Assembly (NCBI GenBank): GCA_963851265.1
Contig: CAWKNZ010000002.1
Location: 960,001-1,024,000 of the forward strand
DNA length: 64,000 bases
Direction: 5' to 3'
From: an uncultured Gemmatimonadales bacterium
GTDB lineage: Bacteria > Gemmatimonadota > Gemmatimonadetes > Gemmatimonadales > Gemmatimonadaceae
The notes under the pieces are model-generated. The model did no database searches, was not told the origin of the DNA, and saw nothing but the letters and a program-made list of their open reading frames with translations. Positions 1 through 11,344 of this stretch are shown in pieces (the stretch's first letter is position 1; the number at the start of each line of letters is the position of its first letter). The translations under genes were made by a program, and so were the position numbers.

Positions 1-1756
1 CGCGGGCACGGTGCTCGCGGCGAGCGCGGCGACGAGCCCGGCACGACCGGCCGCGCGCCCCGCGCCCGCCCTCGCCAGCACCCAAGGGGACTACGACCTC
101 GTCGTCTACCCGCACAGCCTGTTCGGTGACGGGCGTGGGGCGAACAAGCCGTGGCTGCAGGAGCTGCCCGACCCGGTCAGCAAGATCTGCTGGCAGAGCT
201 GGGTCGAGGTCCACCCGACCACCGCGAAGAAGCTCGGCGTCGAGTCCGGCGACGTCCTCCGCGTCGAGACGGCCGCGGGCCGCATCGAAGCGCCGGCGTA
301 CGTCTACATGGGCGTCCGCCCCGACACCGTCGCGATCGCGTTAGGCCAGGGCCACACGGCGTACGGTCGCTACGCGAAGGACATCGGGACGAACGCGTAC
401 GCGCTGCTCGGCTCCGTGGACGACGCGGCCGGCGGTCTCGTGCTCACCTCGAGCCGGGCGCGCGTGACGAAGACCGGCGACCACCACGACCTCGTCACGA
501 CCGAGGGATCGGCGCGCCAGCACGGGCGCGGTATCGGTCAGGCGCTGCTCGTCGGCGACGTCGGCAAGCTGCAGGAAGCGCGCGGCGGGGAGAACGCGGG
601 TGGCCTCACGCCCGAAGGCGGCGGCCCCAACACGACGAGCGCCGGAACCGGCGTCGGCGCGAACGGCGGCGGCCCCACCACCGGCTCGACCGGCCCCGGC
701 GGGCAGGGGATGACGGGCACCGCGCCCGGCTCGTCCGCCCAGCCGGCGAAGCGCGAGCCGAACGGCGAACCCGCGGGGGGCCGTCGCGAAGCCGGGAACG
801 AGGAGCACATCCCCGGCGAGGCGAAGACCACGTTCCTCCCCGGCCTCCGCTCGCCGGTCGCGAACGACGCGCAGGGCAACTACGGCGACCCGTCGTCGAA
901 GGACCGCGGCCTCTACGATCCCAAGAACTCGCTCGGCGCCGCGAAGCGCCGCTGGGCGATGACAATCGACCTCGCGCGCTGCACGGGTTGCTCCGCGTGT
1001 GTGACCGCCTGCTACGCGGAGAACAACCTCCCGACCGTCGGCGCGCCGTGGCAGGGCCGCGCGCTCGCCCCGGGCGTCTGGGACACGAACCCGGGTGCCA
1101 ACATCATCAAGGGGCGCGAGATGAGCTGGATTCGTCTCGAGCGCTACTACGAAGGCGCGATGGACTCCGAGAACGCGTTCGACCCCGCGTTCGACGTGCG
1201 CTTCGTCCCGATGATGTGCCAGCACTGCGGCAACGCGCCGTGCGAGCCGGTGTGCCCCGTGTACGCGACGTACCACTCGCCGGACGGGCTGAACGTGCAG
1301 GTCTACAATCGGTGCGTCGGCACGCGGTACTGCAGTAACAACTGTCCCTACAAGGTTCGCTACTTCAACTGGTTCGGATACGGCGAGCCCGACCGTCGCC
1401 AGTACGCCTGGCCCGAGCCGATGAACTGGCAGCTCAACCCCGACGTGACGGTGCGCGGCAAGGGCGTCATGGAGAAGTGCACGTTCTGCGTGCACCGCAT
1501 CCGCGAGGCCGAGCATCGGGCCAAGCTCGAAGGGCGTGAGTTGCAGGCGGACGAGTTCACGACGGCGTGCTCGCAGGCGTGTCCGTCGCGCGCGATCACG
1601 TTCGGCGACGCGGCCGACCGCGAGTGGACGGTCGCACAGCTCGCGTACGACCGCCGCGCCTACCACGTGTTCGAAGAGCTCAACACCTATACGGCCGTGG
1701 TCTATCTGAAGAAGGTCATCCACCCGGCGCCGGGCACTGCCCCGGCCGTCGCCTGA
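1..1756 (+). CDS. actB: Alternative complex III subunit ActB (molybdopterin-oxidoreductase-like domain + Fe-S domain), 5'-truncated by window
   Basis: Molybdopterin-dinucleotide-binding-like C-terminal domain (WLQELPDPVSKICW..VEVHP), then Fe-S motifs CTGCSAC..C, CQHC..APC..VCP, CVGTRYCSNNCPY, CTFC..CSQACP; followed by NrfD-type gene. Confidence 0.9.
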   Translation, partial: AGTVLAASAATSPARPAARPAPALASTQGDYDLVVYPHSLFGDGRGANKPWLQELPDPVSKICWQSWVEVHPTTAKKLGVESGDVLRVETAAGRIEAPAYVYMGVRPDTVAIALGQGHTAYGRYAKDIGTNAYALLGSVDDAAGGLVLTSSRARVTKTGDHHDLVTTEGSARQHGRGIGQALLVGDVGKLQEARGGENAGGLTPEGGGPNTTSAGTGVGANGGGPTTGSTGPGGQGMTGTAPGSSAQPAKREPNGEPAGGRREAGNEEHIPGEAKTTFLPGLRSPVANDAQGNYGDPSSKDRGLYDPKNSLGAAKRRWAMTIDLARCTGCSACVTACYAENNLPTVGAPWQGRALAPGVWDTNPGANIIKGREMSWIRLERYYEGAMDSENAFDPAFDVRFVPMMCQHCGNAPCEPVCPVYATYHSPDGLNVQVYNRCVGTRYCSNNCPYKVRYFNWFGYGEPDRRQYAWPEPMNWQLNPDVTVRGKGVMEKCTFCVHRIREAEHRAKLEGRELQADEFTTACSQACPSRAITFGDAADREWTVAQLAYDRRAYHVFEELNTYTAVVYLKKVIHPAPGTAPAVA

Positions 1757-1775
1757 CGCGGAGGACGTAGTACCT

Positions 1776-3262
<1,487 letters not shown>

Positions 3263-3263
<1 letters not shown>

Positions 3264-3757
3264 TGCAGGGCGTCGTCGCCTCGTTCAAGGAACTCGACTC
3301 GACCGTGCACGCGGTCGAGGAGCTGCGGAAGGCTCGGCTGGGCGAGATCACGGTCTACACGCCCACGCCGCGCCACGAACTCGAAGACGCGCTCGGCGCG
3401 CCGAACTCGCCCGTGCGCCGCTTCACCCTCGTCGGCGGCCTCCTCGGCGTCACGTTCGGCTACTGGATCGCGATCTGGACGTCGACGTACTGGCCGCTCG
3501 TGACCGGCGGAAAGGCCATCGCGAGCTGGATCCCGTACACGATCATCGGCTTCGAGGTGATGGTCCTGATCGGCGCACTCTCGACGGTGTTCGGCATGTT
3601 CTACGTGAGCCGCATTCCGCGACTCACGATGACCGTCGGGTACGACCCGCGGTTCAGCCACGGCAGCTACGGCGTGTTCGTCGCGACCGACCAGACCGGG
3701 CGCGCGGAGCAGCTGTTGCTGCAGCACGGCGCGTCCGACGTCCGCGGGGAGCGCTGA
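3263..3757 (+). CDS. actD: ACIII subunit ActD (DUF3341-like)
   Basis: YTP.P.H motif, two TM helices, WPLVTGGK, FEVMVL, YDPRFS; start overlaps actC stop. Confidence 0.85.
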
Positions 3758-3761
3758 GCCC

Positions 3762-4736
3762 ATGCCGTCTCGCATCTTCATGACGCGCTCTTCGCTTCGC
3801 CTCGCGGCGGCGGTCGCCCTCCTGCCCACGCTCGGGGCCTGCGACTGGTTCACCGACTTCAAGAACCAGCCGAAGATCGAGCCGTGGGAGCCCGTGTCGC
3901 AGCTCGACAGCGACACGACCCACGCGCCGCGGCCGCAGCCGCAGAACTCGGTGCCCGTCTCGGGCACCTTCCTCGCCGCGTACCAGATCTCGTACAACCC
4001 GGTCCCTGGCGTCATCGACTCGATCGCCAATGCGGTCACGAACCCGACGCCCGTGAGCCAGGCGTCGCTGACGAACGGGCGGAAGTACTTCCAGATCAAC
4101 TGCGCGGTGTGCCACGGCGACCTCGCCCAGGGCAACGGCCCCGCGACGCTGTATGGCATGCCGGGCATCTCGCTCGTCAACGAGCGGGTGCGCGGGTTCA
4201 AGGACGGCTACATCTATGGCATGATGCGCAACGGGCGTGGGCTCATGCCCACGTACAACCGCATCGAGGAGATGGATCGCTGGGACGTGGTCAACTACGT
4301 CCGCGCGCTGCAGGGCATCGTGCCGAACACCGCGGGCACGGGTCCGGTCGGGTACCCCGGTCAGAATGGCGCCACCGTGCCGGGTTACTCGGCCACTGCG
4401 CCCAGCCTTCCCGCGCCGATGTGGCGTGAGCCGCGCGGCGCGGCGAGCGGTACGAACGTCGCGAACCACTTCAACGGTGGGGCGGGCGAGGTCCGGTCCC
4501 CGGCCATGGTGCTCGGCGAGCTCGGTCGCCCGATGCCGGCCGGCGTCAACGATTCCGGACCGGCCGCGCGTCGCACCGCCAACACCGCCCCGGTTCGCCC
4601 CGTTCCGCAGGCGCCGGCCGCCGCAGAGGCGACGCCAAGCCTGACTCACTCGACGCCCGGCACCGCGGTGCCGAGCAACGGCCGTCCGACGGGTACCGTC
4701 CGCGGCATCCAGACCACCCCGGGAGGCCGCCCGTGA
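3762..4736 (+). CDS. actE: ACIII monoheme cytochrome c lipoprotein ActE with long Pro/Ala-rich C-terminal tail
   Basis: Lipobox-like LGAC, single CAVCH heme motif, GRGLMP distal Met, DRWDVVNYVRALQ; start could be ATG 3780. Confidence 0.85.
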   Translation: MPSRIFMTRSSLRLAAAVALLPTLGACDWFTDFKNQPKIEPWEPVSQLDSDTTHAPRPQPQNSVPVSGTFLAAYQISYNPVPGVIDSIANAVTNPTPVSQASLTNGRKYFQINCAVCHGDLAQGNGPATLYGMPGISLVNERVRGFKDGYIYGMMRNGRGLMPTYNRIEEMDRWDVVNYVRALQGIVPNTAGTGPVGYPGQNGATVPGYSATAPSLPAPMWREPRGAASGTNVANHFNGGAGEVRSPAMVLGELGRPMPAGVNDSGPAARRTANTAPVRPVPQAPAAAEATPSLTHSTPGTAVPSNGRPTGTVRGIQTTPGGRP

Positions 4737-6061
4737 GCGCGCATGCCGCACCCGCGCTCACGCGCGAGGAACTCGTCCGCGTCATCGCGAACAAGCCGGT
4801 CAACCCCGCGCTCAAGCTCGCCGCGCTCGCGATCGGCGTGCTCGGGACGGTGCTGTTCGTCGTCGGCGCCGTGACGGGCAACGACCGCGCCTGGCTCGCG
4901 CTGCACTTCAACTGGCTCTTCTTTACGATTACCTCCTCCGCGGCCGTGACGTTCGCCGCGGTGCAGCGCCTCACGACGGCGCGCTGGTCGCGCTCGATCG
5001 TACGTATGCTCGAGGGGTTCGTAGCGTGGCTGCCGGTCGCGTTCATCATCCTGCTCGCCATCCTGTTCCCAGGCGCGTCGCACATCTTTGCGTGGGCCAA
5101 GGAGACGGTGCACGTGCACCAGAAGGCGATCTACCTCGATCCGACCTTCTTCCGGCTTCGCGGAATCCTGCTGTTCGGCGCGATGACGCTCGTCTCGCTC
5201 TGGTTCGTTTATTCGTCCGTCCGGCTCGACGTCGGGCTCGTGCCCGACGAGGGCGCGGGGTGGGCGGCCGGAATCCGCGCCGGCATGCGCCGTGGCTTCC
5301 AGGCGGAGCGCCGCGAGCTACACAGCACGCATTCGCTGCTCGGTAAGCTCGCCGTCGCCCTCTGCATGCTCTACGGCTACGGGTGGGTGATCCTCTCGTG
5401 GGATTACTCGATGTCGCTGTCGCTGCACTTCCAGAGCACGATGTACGGCTGGCAGGTGTTCATGGGCGCGTGGGTGGTCATGCTCATGGTGCTGTCGGTG
5501 CTGATGCGTCTGTGGCGGTCGCACCTGGGCGCGCAGTCGCTCATCACCGACAACCACTACCACGACGTCGGGAAGCTCTGCTTCGCGTTCACCGCGTTCT
5601 GGGGCTACGTCACGTTCAGCCAGTACCTCGTCATCTGGTACGGCAACCTTCCCGAGGAGACGCACTTCTTCCGGCTCCGGCTCATGAACCCGTGGGGATT
5701 CCTGACCACGGCGGCGTTCGTGATGATGTTCGTCGTTCCCTTCTTCACGCTCCTGAGCAAGTCGGCCAAGCTGTTCTCGCCCGTGATGGCGACGGTGGCG
5801 TTCACGTCGATCCTCGGTCTCTGGATCCACCGGTACATCGAGGTCTACCCGTCGGTGTTCGGCGAAGTGGCGAACATGCCGTTCGGCTTCTACGAGGTCG
5901 GCGTCGGCCTCGGGATGCTCGGCCTCTGGGGATTCTGCTACATGAGCTTCATGGATGCGTTTCCAAAGATGCGCGTGGCGTTCATGACCTCGCCGTACCG
6001 CGACGAGGTGCAGGTGCCCGTCGACGCGCGCACGATGGAACCGCTCCCCGCGCACGAGTAG
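4733..6061 (+). CDS. actF: ACIII membrane subunit ActF
   Basis: Polytopic; HFQSTMYG, HDVGKLCFAF..FWGYVTFSQYLVIWYGNLPEET; GTGA overlap with actE. Confidence 0.88.
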   Translation: MSAHAAPALTREELVRVIANKPVNPALKLAALAIGVLGTVLFVVGAVTGNDRAWLALHFNWLFFTITSSAAVTFAAVQRLTTARWSRSIVRMLEGFVAWLPVAFIILLAILFPGASHIFAWAKETVHVHQKAIYLDPTFFRLRGILLFGAMTLVSLWFVYSSVRLDVGLVPDEGAGWAAGIRAGMRRGFQAERRELHSTHSLLGKLAVALCMLYGYGWVILSWDYSMSLSLHFQSTMYGWQVFMGAWVVMLMVLSVLMRLWRSHLGAQSLITDNHYHDVGKLCFAFTAFWGYVTFSQYLVIWYGNLPEETHFFRLRLMNPWGFLTTAAFVMMFVVPFFTLLSKSAKLFSPVMATVAFTSILGLWIHRYIEVYPSVFGEVANMPFGFYEVGVGLGMLGLWGFCYMSFMDAFPKMRVAFMTSPYRDEVQVPVDARTMEPLPAHE

Positions 6062-6097
6062 CACGGCCGCAACCCCGGCGGATATATTGCGCCCGCC

Positions 6098-6170
6098 GGG
6101 GCGTTAGCTCAGCTGGGAGAGCACCTGCTTTGCAAGCAGGGGGTCAGGGGTTCGAGCCCCCTACGCTCCA
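6098..6170 (+). tRNA. tRNA-Ala(UGC), 3' CCA not encoded
   Basis: GGGGCGT acceptor pairs ACGCTCC with G3:U70; D arm GCTC/GAGC; anticodon stem CCTGC/GCAGG with TGC at 6131-6133; T loop TTCGAGC. Confidence 0.97.
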
Positions 6171-6180
6171 TGTACGAACA

Positions 6181-6210
6181 GGCCCGCAAGCACCACCGCT
6201 TGCGGGCTTT
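6181..6210 (+). terminator. Intrinsic terminator after tRNA-Ala
   Basis: GGCCCGCAAGC-accacc-GCTTGCGGGCT followed by short T run. Confidence 0.7.
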
Positions 6211-6276
6211 ATGCGTCGGGCCCGAGCCCTCGGGTCGCACGCCGACCAACGCGTTCCCTTCCACCCCCGCCGCGCC

Positions 6277-6756
6277 ATGGCCACCTCCGTCCCGCCGGCT
6301 ACGACGCCCGCCGTGGGAACCCCCGCCCCGGACTTCACGCTGTCGAGCACGAGCGGTGAGCCGGTCACGCTTTCGGCGCTGAGGGGGCAACGCGTGCTGA
6401 TCGCGTTCTTCCCGCTCGCGTTCACGAGCACGTGCACGGCCGAGATGTGCGCCTTCAGCGACGATTACGACGCGTTCGCACAAGAGGGGGTGACCGTGCT
6501 CCCCATCAGCGTCGACTCGATCCCGACGCTGACGGAGTTCCGGGCGAAGCACGGCCTCAAGTCGGCATTCCTGAGCGATTTCCGGCGCGACGTCTCGCGC
6601 GCGTACGGCGTCCTCCTGGAGCACACCTTCTTCTCGACGCGGGCGTACTTTCTCGTCGACGCGGACGGGCTGATCCGCTGGTCGCACGTCGAAGAGAACC
6701 CCGGGCTCCGTCGGGACGACGCGGAGTTGCTTGCCGCGATCCGAGCGAACGCGTGA
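6277..6756 (+). CDS. Peroxiredoxin (AhpE/BCP-like)
   Basis: APDFTL, FFPLAFTSTCTAEMC (PxxxTxxC), ISVDS, LSDF, RAYFLVD; real start is ATG 6277 inside the longer listed ORF. Confidence 0.9.
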   Translation: MATSVPPATTPAVGTPAPDFTLSSTSGEPVTLSALRGQRVLIAFFPLAFTSTCTAEMCAFSDDYDAFAQEGVTVLPISVDSIPTLTEFRAKHGLKSAFLSDFRRDVSRAYGVLLEHTFFSTRAYFLVDADGLIRWSHVEENPGLRRDDAELLAAIRANA

Positions 6757-6902
6757 GCAGCACGGCGGCCCGGGCGGGCCGGTAGCGTCTGTGCGACTCG
6801 CGCGGCCGCTTGCTTCGCGTGACCAGGCCCGTCGCGGTGCGTCGTGGGTGAGCGCAACCAGGTCCGCCCCTGCGCTGCGCCTCACCGCCTTCACCGCCTG
6901 AC

Positions 6903-8489
6903 GTGAACCCCGCCGCCGTCTCAAGCTCCTACCGCGCCATTGAGGCGCGGGCCGACGCGCTCCTCGCGCGAGTGGCCGCAGCCATCGCCGCGGCGCCCGA
7001 CCCGGATGACTTCGGGCCGGCCGTGCTCGACGCCATCGCCGATGCGGCCGGAGCCGTCGGCGCTGCCATTCTCGACGTGGGTGCGGGCGCGCCCCTCGCT
7101 CGCTGGCGCGTGACCCGCGAGGGAGCGCCGGAGGCGCCGCCCGCGGGCGGCTGCCTCCGTCCGGCGCGGTATGCGATAGGACACGCCGGGCCCGGAACGG
7201 CGCGGTGCGAGTTGGAGCTGATGTCGGCGGCCGAGTCGATCGACGAGGACGATCTGCGCCCGGCGCTCGCCCTCCTCGGGGCCGTGCTCGGCCCATCGGA
7301 TCGTGCGCGGGCCCTCGATGCCGACATGGAAGCGCACGCACGCGCGGCCGCGGACGAGCGCGACTTCGCGGCCGCCGTGATCGACGCACTTCCAGTCGGT
7401 GTCTACGTCACCGACCGCGAGCACCGCGTACGGCTCTGGAACCGAAAGCGCGAGGTCGACACCCTCGGCGTCGCGCGCGAGGCGGCGATCGGCCGCACGG
7501 TATTCGACGTGCTGCCGCGGCAGGACGCCGGGCTCGTCCGGCGCGAACTCGATGACGTGCTCGCGAACGGCGTCGTGCGACAGATCGACACCGAGAGCAC
7601 GGCTTCCGGCGAGGCTCGCATATACCGACTTTCCAAGATCCCCATGGCGTTCGGGGACGCGGAGCCGACTCACGTCATCACCCTCGGCGAGGACGTCACG
7701 GAATGGCGGTCCGCACTCGAGCGGTCTGCGCAATCCGAGAAGCTGGCTGCGGTCGGGCAGCTGGCTGCCGGTGTGATGCACGAGATCAACAACCCGCTCG
7801 GCACGATCGCGGCGTGCGCCGAAACGATGACGCTCGGCCTCAGCGAGTTGCCGCGCGAGCAGCAGCCGGCGGGCTTCGCCGAGTACCTTCGGATCGTCGA
7901 CCACGAGGTGCACCGGTGCCGCCGGATCGTCGACGGCCTCCTCAACTTCAGCCGCGCCCGCGAACTGCGGCGCGCGCGCGTGTCGCTCGATACCGTCGTC
8001 GAGCAGACACTCGGATTGCTGCGCCACCACGCGCGCTTCAAGCGGTGCTCGGTGCGCCTCGATCTCGCCGGATCGAGCGGCCCGCAGGCCGCCCCCGACG
8101 TGCTCGGCGATCCCGACCAGCTGACCCAGATCGCGATGGCCCTGCTGCTCAATGCTGCCGACGCCGTTGCTGAGGCGGAACGGGCCGACCACGGCGATCC
8201 CGAGCGTGCGGGGGCGCGGCGCGGCATTACGATCCGCACGCGCGCCGGGAACGTCGACGATGAACTCGCCGCGGCCGTCCTCGAGATCATCGACGAGGGA
8301 ACCGGGATGTCGCGCGACGTGGTCGCCCGCGTGTTCGATCCGTTCTTCACCACCAAGGCGCCCGGCGACGGCACCGGGCTCGGCCTCGCCATCTGCTACG
8401 GGCTCGTTCGCGACCTCAACGGCCGGATCGAGATCGACAGCTCGCCGGGCAACGGGTCGACCTTCCGCGTCGTCATACCTGCGGGGTAA
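6903..8489 (+). CDS. PAS-domain sensor histidine kinase (NtrB/AtoS-like)
   Basis: PAS (VIDALPVGVYVTD..WNR), SEKLAAVGQLAAGVMHEINNPL H-box, LLNAADA N-box, DEGTG, FDPFFTTK, GTGLGL. Confidence 0.92.
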   Translation: MNPAAVSSSYRAIEARADALLARVAAAIAAAPDPDDFGPAVLDAIADAAGAVGAAILDVGAGAPLARWRVTREGAPEAPPAGGCLRPARYAIGHAGPGTARCELELMSAAESIDEDDLRPALALLGAVLGPSDRARALDADMEAHARAAADERDFAAAVIDALPVGVYVTDREHRVRLWNRKREVDTLGVAREAAIGRTVFDVLPRQDAGLVRRELDDVLANGVVRQIDTESTASGEARIYRLSKIPMAFGDAEPTHVITLGEDVTEWRSALERSAQSEKLAAVGQLAAGVMHEINNPLGTIAACAETMTLGLSELPREQQPAGFAEYLRIVDHEVHRCRRIVDGLLNFSRARELRRARVSLDTVVEQTLGLLRHHARFKRCSVRLDLAGSSGPQAAPDVLGDPDQLTQIAMALLLNAADAVAEAERADHGDPERAGARRGITIRTRAGNVDDELAAAVLEIIDEGTGMSRDVVARVFDPFFTTKAPGDGTGLGLAICYGLVRDLNGRIEIDSSPGNGSTFRVVIPAG

Positions 8490-8516
8490 GATCTACTGCA
8501 TGCCGGGCGCTCATCA

Positions 8517-9032
8517 GTGACGGTCGCCGATTCGCAGGCTCACGCGCCCGGCCGTGTGCTCGTGGCCGAGGACGAGGAGCACCTCGGGGCGCTCCTCGCG
8601 CAATTTCTGCGCGGACGCGGGCTGGACGTGACCCTCGTCCGCGATGGCGCGGAAGCGGTGGCCGCGTTATCCAACGGCGCGTTCGACGCCGCGGTGATCG
8701 ACGTCCAGATGCCGGGCGCGGACGGGTTCGCGGTACTGGCCGCTTCGGCCGCGCTGGCTCGACCCGCCGAGGTCGTCATCGCGAGCGGCAACGGGACGCG
8801 CGAGACCGCGCTCGCCGCGCTGCGCGGCGGCGCGTACGGAACCGTGGCGAAGCCGTATCGGATGGCCGAGGTCGAACTCCTGGTGCAGCGCGCCATCGAG
8901 ACGCGACGACTGCGCGACGCGGTCGGCCGACTCGAACGCGAGTGCGCGTGGTTGCGCGCGAGTCTGCGGTCGGCACCCGTGACGCACGCGGGGCACGAAG
9001 GAACGATCGATGCGCGCGACGAGCCGGCATGA
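8517..9032 (+). CDS. Response regulator, receiver domain plus short coiled coil, no output domain
   Basis: VAEDEE, IDVQMPGADG, KPY motifs; 171 aa. Confidence 0.85.
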   Translation: MTVADSQAHAPGRVLVAEDEEHLGALLAQFLRGRGLDVTLVRDGAEAVAALSNGAFDAAVIDVQMPGADGFAVLAASAALARPAEVVIASGNGTRETALAALRGGAYGTVAKPYRMAEVELLVQRAIETRRLRDAVGRLERECAWLRASLRSAPVTHAGHEGTIDARDEPA

Positions 9033-9697
9033 AGCTGCTCGTGATCGAGGACGATCCCACCGTCGGGCAGTTCGTGAAGCGCGGGCTCGAGGAGCAGCGC
9101 TGGGGGGTGGAACTCGCCACGGACGGTGAGGCCGGCGAACGGCTCGCCGCCAGCGGCGCGTACGACCTCGTGATTCTCGACATGCGGCTGCCGGGCAAGT
9201 CCGGGCTCGACGTGCTCACCGCGTTACGCGCGCGCGGGTTCGAGCGGCCCGTCCTCGTCCTCACCGCGCAGGACGCCGTGGACGCGAAGGTGACCGCGCT
9301 GCGCGCCGGTGCCGACGACTACGTCACGAAGCCGTTCGCGTTCGAGGAGTTGTTGGCGCGGGTCGAGGCGCTCGCGCGGAGGCCGCGCGCGCTCGCGTCT
9401 CCGGTGCTTCGGGTCGCGGACCTCGAACTCGACCAGGCCACACGCGAGGTGACGCGGTCGGGCGAGCGGATCGACCTGACGCCGAAAGAGTACGCCGTCC
9501 TCGAGTACCTCATGCGGCACGCGGGCCGGGTTATGAGCCGCACGCTGATCACGGAGTACGCCTGGGGGTATCATTTCGACCCCGGCACGAACATCGTCGA
9601 CGTCGTGATCACCCATCTTCGGAAGAAGGTCGACGCGCGGCACGCGCGGAAGCTGATCCAGACGGTGCGCGGCGTCGGGTACACGCTCAAGACCTGA
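9029..9697 (+). CDS. OmpR/PhoB-family response regulator (CusR/CzcR-like)
   Basis: MKLLVIEDD, LDMRLPG, GADDYVTKPF, LTPKEY, TNIVDV..LRKK, IQTVRGVGY; ATGA overlap with upstream gene. Confidence 0.93.
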   Translation: MKLLVIEDDPTVGQFVKRGLEEQRWGVELATDGEAGERLAASGAYDLVILDMRLPGKSGLDVLTALRARGFERPVLVLTAQDAVDAKVTALRAGADDYVTKPFAFEELLARVEALARRPRALASPVLRVADLELDQATREVTRSGERIDLTPKEYAVLEYLMRHAGRVMSRTLITEYAWGYHFDPGTNIVDVVITHLRKKVDARHARKLIQTVRGVGYTLKT

Positions 9698-9721
9698 CCC
9701 GATCTTCAAGGCTCGCACCTC

Positions 9722-11344
9722 GTGGCCACCGTTCGCGCACGACTCGCTTCGGCGTACGCCCTCGCCCTCGGTGGAACGATCGTCGTACTCGCCGGCACGC
9801 TGTGGACCGCGCGTGGGGCCGCCGGTGACCGCGAGTTGCAGCGGTACGTGACGGAAGAGGCTGAGGTCGCGACGCGGCTGCTCCGGCAGGCCGCGGGGCC
9901 GGGGCTGCCGCTGACCGAGGTGACGGACCGGCCGATCGGCCCGCAGGTGGTGTCGCGCGTCGCGCTGCTGCTGGACGCGTTGCCCAACATCGTGATCGTC
10001 CTCGACAGCGCCGACCGGATGGTGTACCGATCGACCGACGCGCGGCTCTTGGACGTCGGCGAAGCGGACCGGATCGTCGACGCGTCGACGCTCCTGAGTC
10101 CCACCGTGTCGGGGAAACTGGACGTCGAGCGGGACACGACGGGCGCCGCGGGCGCGTACCTGCGCGCGCGCGGTCTGCCCGCACAGGAGGAAGTGCTCGT
10201 CGTGCGTCGTGACGCGCCGCGCGACCTCACGCCGATCCGGCGCATCGTGGTCGGCACGCCCACGCGCTCGGCCATCGACGCGCGGCGCGAGCTCTTCACG
10301 TCGATGCTCGCGGTCATGCCGCTCGTTCTCGTCGCGTCCGGGGGCGTCGGCTGGTGGCTCGCGGGCCGCGGCGTCCGCCCGCTCGAGCGCGTGATCGACG
10401 AGATGGAGGCGATCACGGACGGGCGCAGTCTGCACCGCCGCCTCGCCGCGGGCGAGGCGGCGCCCGAGGATGGCGACGAACTGACGCGCCTAACGACGAC
10501 GCTCAACGCCATGATCGGGCGCCTCGAGTCGTCGTTCGGCGCGCTGCGGCGGTTCACGGCCGACGCGAGCCACGAACTCAAGACGCCGCTGACGGTGCTG
10601 CGGGCGACCGTCGAGCGCGCCATGAGCGCACCGCCGCAGTCGAGCGAGCAGATGGTCGCCTTGGAGGAGGCGCTGCAGGAGGTCACGCGCATGGCGGCGC
10701 TCGTCGACAGCCTGCTCACGCTGGCGCGGTTCGACGAAGGGCGGTTCGACCTGCACCGCGAACCGGTCGCGCTCGAGCCGCTCGTCCACGACGTGCTGGA
10801 GACGGCAACGATCCTCGGCGAGGACGCGGGCCTGACGATCGAGCTGGCCGCGCTCGAGCCGGCGACGGTGCTCGGCGACGCGACGCGGCTCCGCCAGCTG
10901 TTCCTGAACCTGATCACCAACGCGATCAAGTACACGCCGCGCGGCGGGCTCGTGGAGTTGGCGCTGCGCCGCGGGGCCGGGCTGGCGAACGGCGCGGAGG
11001 GCGTGCAGCTCACGGTGCGCGACACCGGAATCGGCATCGCCGCGGCCGACCTGCCGTACATCTTCGACCGTTTCTGGCGGGCGGATCGCGCGCGGTCGCG
11101 GCGGAGTGCGCTGGGGACCGCGCTCGGCGCGACCGAGCGGGGCGGGTTCGGCCTCGGGCTCGCGATCAGTCAGTGGATCGCGCAGGCGCACGGCGGAACG
11201 ATCGCCGTCACGTCGCGGCTCACGCGCGGCACCACGTTCACCGTGACGCTGCCGACCGTCGTGGCCTCGGTCGATGCCGTCCGCGACCCGACGTTGGGCG
11301 ATGCCGAGCGCCCGGCCGGCGAACTGCGACCGGTGACGGCCTGA
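9722..11344 (+). CDS. Membrane HAMP sensor histidine kinase, likely cognate of the OmpR regulator
   Basis: Two TM segments, HAMP, FTADASHELKTPL, NLITNAIKY, DTGIG, GFGLGL. Confidence 0.92.
   Translation: MATVRARLASAYALALGGTIVVLAGTLWTARGAAGDRELQRYVTEEAEVATRLLRQAAGPGLPLTEVTDRPIGPQVVSRVALLLDALPNIVIVLDSADRMVYRSTDARLLDVGEADRIVDASTLLSPTVSGKLDVERDTTGAAGAYLRARGLPAQEEVLVVRRDAPRDLTPIRRIVVGTPTRSAIDARRELFTSMLAVMPLVLVASGGVGWWLAGRGVRPLERVIDEMEAITDGRSLHRRLAAGEAAPEDGDELTRLTTTLNAMIGRLESSFGALRRFTADASHELKTPLTVLRATVERAMSAPPQSSEQMVALEEALQEVTRMAALVDSLLTLARFDEGRFDLHREPVALEPLVHDVLETATILGEDAGLTIELAALEPATVLGDATRLRQLFLNLITNAIKYTPRGGLVELALRRGAGLANGAEGVQLTVRDTGIGIAAADLPYIFDRFWRADRARSRRSALGTALGATERGGFGLGLAISQWIAQAHGGTIAVTSRLTRGTTFTVTLPTVVASVDAVRDPTLGDAERPAGELRPVTA

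Noticed and set aside
6171..6900. Genomic island integrated at tRNA-Ala or tRNA-Leu
   Set aside because: No integrase, no duplicated tRNA 3' end seen, no compositional shift
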